From NCBI RefSeq assembly GCF_009914755.1, contig NC_060931.1: a stretch of DNA of 64,000 nt. One strand, written 5' to 3'. Of the stretch, positions 57,430 through 64,000 are shown piece after piece. This stretch comes from the human T2T-CHM13v2.0 reference genome, Homo sapiens. The notes under the pieces were generated by a model, which worked only from the letters and a program-made list of their open reading frames with translations, did no database searches and was not told the DNA's origin. A program made the translations under genes and the position numbers. Numbering within the stretch: position 1 is the first letter of the stretch; every line of letters begins with the position of its first letter.

Positions 57430-57930
57430 GGGGGAGAGGCAATGACAACATCATGAAGGATGCAGTATTTGAGGTATTTCTAGAAAAATAGGTAAAATTA
57501 GGGTATGTAGAGATAGTATGAAGGGCAATTAAGAAGAGGAAAGAGACTAAGTTAGGCACAAGAGCAAGAGGGTGTAGAGTGAGGAAATAACCAGTGGCCT
57601 AGATTGGCTAACAATAAGAAAATTAGAGAGTAACAGAAGAGATGACTATAGGTCAGAGGGAAATTGATTTGGATCAGGAATGTCAAAACCAGGGAGTACT
57701 GACTCTATTAAATACATGACAGGGAGTTTCTAAAATTTCTTGAGCAGGTAAAAGCTTAATTCAAAGTATAGGGAGATAGATGTTGTGAAAGGTAGTTGAA
57801 GCCATGGGAGGAGGTAAGGTTGCTGGGGAGGCAAAACAGAACATGACGAAGCCACACTCGGGAATAACATTGAGGAGTGTCTACATTTGATTGCCTGGAG
57901 AAAGAGGAAAAAAGAAGGAAAACTGGGTGA
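57430..57930 (-). mobile_element. L2 fragment
   Basis: Purine-rich L2 motifs (CCAGTGGCCTAGATTGGCT; TTTTCTTGAGCAGG; TTGAAGCCATGGGAG). Confidence 0.55.
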
Positions 57931-57933
57931 TAA

Positions 57934-58064
57934 TGTTACCAAAATAGCAGGGGTGTGGTCTAGGTCCTGCTGCTTGCTGCACAGAAAGTCAATCACTGAG
58001 ACAATGAGTACTGCCAGGGAAGAAGGCTTTAATTGGGTGCTGTAGCTGAGGAGATGAGAGATCA
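57934..58064 (-). mobile_element. ERV1 (MER4-group) LTR 3'-terminal fragment
   Basis: TGTTACCAAAA..GGTCTAGGTCCTGCTGC..CAGAAAGTCAATCACTGAGACAA..GGGAAGAAGGCTTTAAT. Confidence 0.75.
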
Positions 58065-59463
58065 CAATGAAATGATTAAAAGGATAACTAAAGGAAATGT
58101 ATAGAAGAATGAAAAGGTTGAGTCAGGGGCACAGCATAGTAACATGTAGGAAGAGAGGATATAGACATTACATTGCCTGGGGACATCTCTTTCCCTCTCT
58201 AGGCCACTAGCATAGGTTCAAAACAGAGACTAAATTGCAATGCTTATATTCTGTGTAGACTAAAGACTGAAAAAGTAATGGAGCTTTACTAAAAGATGGG
58301 TTTCAAATGAGAGAGTCAGATGAAAGTGCAAGGGATTTCCAGCACCTATGATGGTACCATAGTTGTAGATGGCAGGAAAGCAAGGAGCAGAAGCTTTCAA
58401 GTCGAGTGCACAGTCATTTTAAAAATGAGAAGGTGCAGGAAATTGATGAGGGAGTTTACAGAACCCAACTGTCTCACAATTTGCATTAAAGTATGGGCGC
58501 CCTTATTTAGTTTGTGGAGTTCTCTATTCTGGCCCTTAGTTCTATTGCTCCTGTTGAGGAGGAAGGAGAAGAAAGGTTGCCTGCTCCTGTGTGCCTCTTT
58601 GAGGTGCCAGGAGATTACTCTGAAATGCTTTCCTAGCATGTAGCATGTCTTGTACAGCAATTCCAGCACTGAGACATGTACCCTGAGATATGCCAACACA
58701 CTTCCAGCTGGTCCAAGGCTAGACCACCTAACTTTTGAGTTTCAACTTCTAATAACAATGCATAACAGCACTTGCCAGTTGCACCATTTTACTTCAGAAG
58801 GATGTCACATGAATCATTGAAGGAGTGACTTTAGAAGACCTTGAGCCAATTGGAGAGAAGCGCTCTAAGTGCCCAATAATTTCTCATTTTTAATATTCAG
58901 TGAAGATTTTTGAAATGTTAAAGAAAAAAATAGAGGAACTAGGAATAACAAATGGCTAGCAGGACACATTTACTGGAATGAAGGAGGATTGCAAAGCTAT
59001 TTTCTCAATTATATTTTTTACATTAAAACAACGTTGCATTTTTAAGCCCTGCAGATAAAATGTCTTTTATGAAGAAAAGCTAATTAAGTTTCCTGAAAAA
59101 TAAGGCAGCTGGTTAACAATTTACGTCTTTTTTGAAGCGTTAACGCTTATGGTTTTTAGGGCCCAAGTTACTAAGTTAATCTATAAGTGAATCCAAAGGT
59201 GAACTAATAGATCGAAAAATGGTTCATGCTTAGGTGTGGATTTCTGAGCACTAAAAAAATTTAAAAAATGACCATAGAACTATTTTGATCTTCACTTTTG
59301 AACAAATCAGGTTTATATGTTGTTTCCTTTCTAAACCTTCCATTGTACTTTTTAAAAATAAATCCCCATCACAGCACTGAAAATACGCACTATGCAACTG
59401 TTTACCAAGTATTAACTGTGGGTCAGGCACTATGCTGAATGACAGAAATGAAAAGTTAAACTA

Positions 59464-59801
<338 letters not shown>

Positions 59802-61744
59802 CTAGTCTTGGAAGCTCATGACCCAGCTCTTTTATTAGTTGTAAAATGTACTGGATAGTCGTTATACTCCAAACCCCCTTTACCTAGTATTTTGTCATTG
59901 TCTTTATATGTTTATATCCCAGGCTTTTAATATAGTTGCTCAAAAAAAATGTTAAATTGAATGTTTAATATAGCTGCTCCAAAAATGTTAAATTGAAGTT
60001 AATATTATATTAAATTATAAAGATAATTTGGATAGGGACATACCTTTGTAAGATGAAAAATTAATGTATTCTCCCTTATTGTTCAAAAATAATTTTAAGT
60101 GGGGGTTAATATTATAGTTAGAATTCACAACCTATGTAATCTTTCAGAGAAATAACAAAAGGAACCACTGATAATTTACAGTACTATGTTTTCTGTTGCC
60201 ATTTATTTGTAACTTAAATGTGTGTAAAACATTTGTAAAACTAAATGTTATCAAAGGTTTGGAATAGCTTCAAGACTTTTGAGTATTTATCAAGTCATTA
60301 TATCTAAATGTGCTAACTTGAAATGTATCTTTGTCTCCACCTTGTTTGAGCTGAATAAACTGGAAGAGGTTAACTTCATAAATCTTTCCTATAGCATCTA
60401 TAGCTGAAGTAATAATTCAAATGAAAATAAGAGGTATGGAAAAAAACATGAGCCAAATTAGTAAACAACTCTCTATCAGTTTCCTTTAACTGAAGTTAGA
60501 TAAAAGATAGAAGGGCAAGGTGGGGACAAAATTACTGTTGGCATTATCATCGTTGAAGTCACATTTTTAAAGGAATAAATGGTTTCAACATTAATATAAC
60601 AGAGAATATTTCTCCCAAGTAATAATCTAGAATGCAGTTTTTAAAATTGATGTGGTATAATATGCTAGTTCAGCTTAAATATTAATTTCAACTAATTTAC
60701 AGCTGTATAATATTGCTACAAATTATGAAACAAATGAAAATTTAAAGATCTATGTAATATGTAGCAAAAATAGTTGATAAGAATCACATCTTTTTAGGCA
60801 TCCTTTTAAAATCTGGTTTTCATTTTCTATTTTCTTAGATGGTTACTAAATTCTCAGATGCATGGGTTTTTTTTTTTTGAAGTATTTATGTTAACTTTAA
60901 AATAACTCCATTATCTTAAATAAATGTCTTTGAGCACAGTCCTTGAGACACCTGATCAGTGCACTTTGTATCAGCATTTGCTAGTGTACCTATGTATCAG
61001 CAGCTTTTTCTTGTCAGACTGACATTGACTTACCTTGGCTCAAATCAATTAATGTTCTGACATCTGGCAGCAATAACAGTTTGATAAGCCAGTAGAAACA
61101 GAGGAGAAAAAGCAATGGAAGTAGACACAAAAAGATGGAAGGAATAGCAGAGACATTTTAGAGTTTATCGATATATAAGTTGACCGATATTTTGTGTGGT
61201 ATGGAAGAGAGAGAGAGAGTCATGCGCTATTAGCTCTGTGATGGGGCTGAAACTGTGTCTTATGTTGCAGCAATTACCTGGCCATACATTACTTGATTCT
61301 CAGAATATGCAAATGTATGATACTTGATAGCAGACTTTACTACACTCTAAGTGCCCATAGAAATACTACAAAATGTAATATGATCCTATTCCTTAGAGTT
61401 TGCTGTGACTATCAGAACTTTCAAGGCAATTGTGTAGTTCTTTATTAATGAAGAATTTTCATGGATGCAAATGCACAAGTCATCGTCTGTAAAATACAAC
61501 AACAAACAAGTGAACTACATTTTTATTTTAAGATCCAACTGAAGTATATACATCAAATATGGAAGTCACAACATGAAGGATATTGTGAGGTTTTCATTTT
61601 GACTTTTTAAATGTGAATGGTAACACTTGGTCAAACGCTATAGACAAGAAACTTGACAGCTAATCACATCAGGCTTGCTGTGAAACTAATGCTCAGTTGG
61701 TTAGTCGCTAATAAAGTCTAGACATCTGTTATCTTTGAGTCTGT

Positions 61745-62020
61745 TTATTTATTTTACACTTACTTATCAAGAGGCATATATGGACCAGTCATTATTTTAC
61801 GCTCTGGGGATACAGCTGAGAACAAAACCAAGTCCCTGCCCACAAAGAGCATATTGTCTAGTGACTGAGAGTAAAAATAAACACACAATATAATACCAGG
61901 TTGTGATGCACACTAAGAAGAAATAGAGAACAGGTATGGAGATAGCCAGTAATGGTGATGGAGGGGGCAATTTTTAGATATGATAGTTAGGGAATGCCTA
62001 AGAAGGTAAAATTGAGTGAA
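61745..62020 (-). mobile_element. L2 3' fragment
   Basis: CTGGGGATACAGCTGAGAACAAAACCAAGTCCCTGCCC; TTTAGATATGATAGTTAGGGAA. Confidence 0.75.
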
Positions 62021-62321
62021 GTTATAACTAGATACTATCTTATTTGGCCCAATCCACTCAAACTTTTGTGTGTATGAATATAGATTATTTGAGAATAATC
62101 TGCATTAAGGATGTTCATTCCCTGCGAGGTTATGGTAACAGTGGGTGATGATAACTGAGATATTAAATACAAAGTAAATCGTAGAAAAATAAGAAGGATC
62201 TTTATTTTAGATTATAGATTATTATATAAACAGCCCAATTTTAAGAATTTGTCATCAGGTATTCACCCTTTCATTAAAAAGCTTTTTAAAAAATGATCTA
62301 TCATATGCTATACCCGCATGA

Positions 62322-62797
<476 letters not shown>

Positions 62798-63459
62798 CCA
62801 TCTTTCTCTGATCTTTTTATATCTGAAAAAATGATTCATCTTACTCTTCCTTTCTGTGGCATAGCTCCTAATATTTTCTCACAGGGTACAACTAGTTCTT
62901 AGGCTTCTGCTCACTGAAAAGGGGTAAGAAATGAGGGCATACTATAGATGCAGAGTTTTGTAATCATGTGGATATCAGCCACTTGTAATGGTATTAGGCT
63001 ATATCTATGATAATGATCATATGACTTAAGTCTTTACAATGTGTTAGATATTTTACTCACTCAAGATCTTGTGATTAAAAATAGGAATGTCTGAATTTGA
63101 AGGCACATTGGTTTAGTGCCAATATCCAAACCACTGGGATACAAGTTAAGAACAAGAAAAAAAGTGAGGATTACTCCCAGTCATTTTAAAGTTAAGATAA
63201 ATTACAAAACTGGCATATAATATGATACAACACATTAGGGGTTCAGCAAATTTCTTCAAAGGGTTAGACTGGTTCTTAGGTGGGATCAAAGACAAACAGA
63301 AGACATTCATCTATCTAATGAAACTAAAAGTCAATCAGGATGGAGTTGGCATAGTACTGAAAGAATAGCAAAAAGAATTCCAGAAGCACACCTTGGCAAT
63401 GCCCACTCAAACACTGTTAAGGGAGAAGGCATCTTGGCCAACAGACTCAGAGAATTACA

Positions 63460-63590
63460 GTCTCATTCATCTATTCAATATTTTTTGAACACAGTATGTT
63501 CTAGCTGTCAGACTAGGTGCTAAGGATACAGTGGTGTACAAGAACCACAATGGCCCTCATCCACATGGAGCTTGTGTCTAGCAGGGGATT
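63460..63590 (-). mobile_element. L2 3' end fragment
   Basis: CATTCATCTATTCAATATTTTTTGAAC; CTAGGTGCTAAGGATACAGTGGTG; CATGGAGCTTGTGTCTAG. Confidence 0.75.
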
Positions 63591-64000
63591 TATATCCAGA
63601 GAGAATTCTAGATAGATGCTTCATACTGTTTTGTCAGATGCCAGTAAGTGTTTGAGCCATAGGACTCCTTTTATTCTGAACATACATTGGTTTGGTAGTC
63701 TGACTATAATTGGCTTTCTACGTAGATCTTTTATAGGAGAATATAATGTTTTTGAGAGACCAAGAGTTCTGATCTACCTCACAATTACTTATCAGGGAAA
63801 ATAAACAGTTTGATTTACATCAAGAAATCAGTCTACTATGAGTAAGCTGACAAAAATAAAATTTAGAACTTCTGAGTTTGAGGAGCAGATTTAGGCCCAC
63901 TAAAGTAATGACACCTTGTGAAGCCTCTTGGGGGATGCACAGCCAGGCAAGCACCCCAACCTCTCATTTGAATATTCCTCTGTTATCTTTGAAATAAACC

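Overview
AT-rich human genomic DNA: it carries a diagnostic-perfect, human-specific AluYa5. I recognise no host protein-coding gene, and nearly all long ORFs in the track are L1 ORF2 fragments or Alu/LTR artefacts. The window reads as intergenic or deep-intronic sequence filled with transposon relics: L1PA/L1M LINEs, L2, L3/CR1, MIR, seven Alus, six solo LTRs with TSDs plus one ERV1-type LTR end, and DNA transposons (MER1A, MER5, MER20, MER63A, Tigger4). The most informative structure is at 914-4674. One pair of 15-bp target-site duplications brackets both a 5'-truncated, twin-primed (inverted) L1PA3-like element and ~345 bp of older L1M sequence beyond its poly(A). This suggests a 3' transduction that ended at the old element's polyA signal. 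Other points are a probably polymorphic AluYa5, a 101-bp 5'-truncated Alu, a second twin-primed L1 missing its tail, a CpG-retaining ERVL-type LTR, several template-switch hairpins and tandem duplications, and a few unverified exon candidates (best: 97 nt, minus strand, 26820-26916). I found no evidence of a wholly new biological system. Repeat subfamily names come from recalled consensus sequences, and old-repeat boundaries are approximate.
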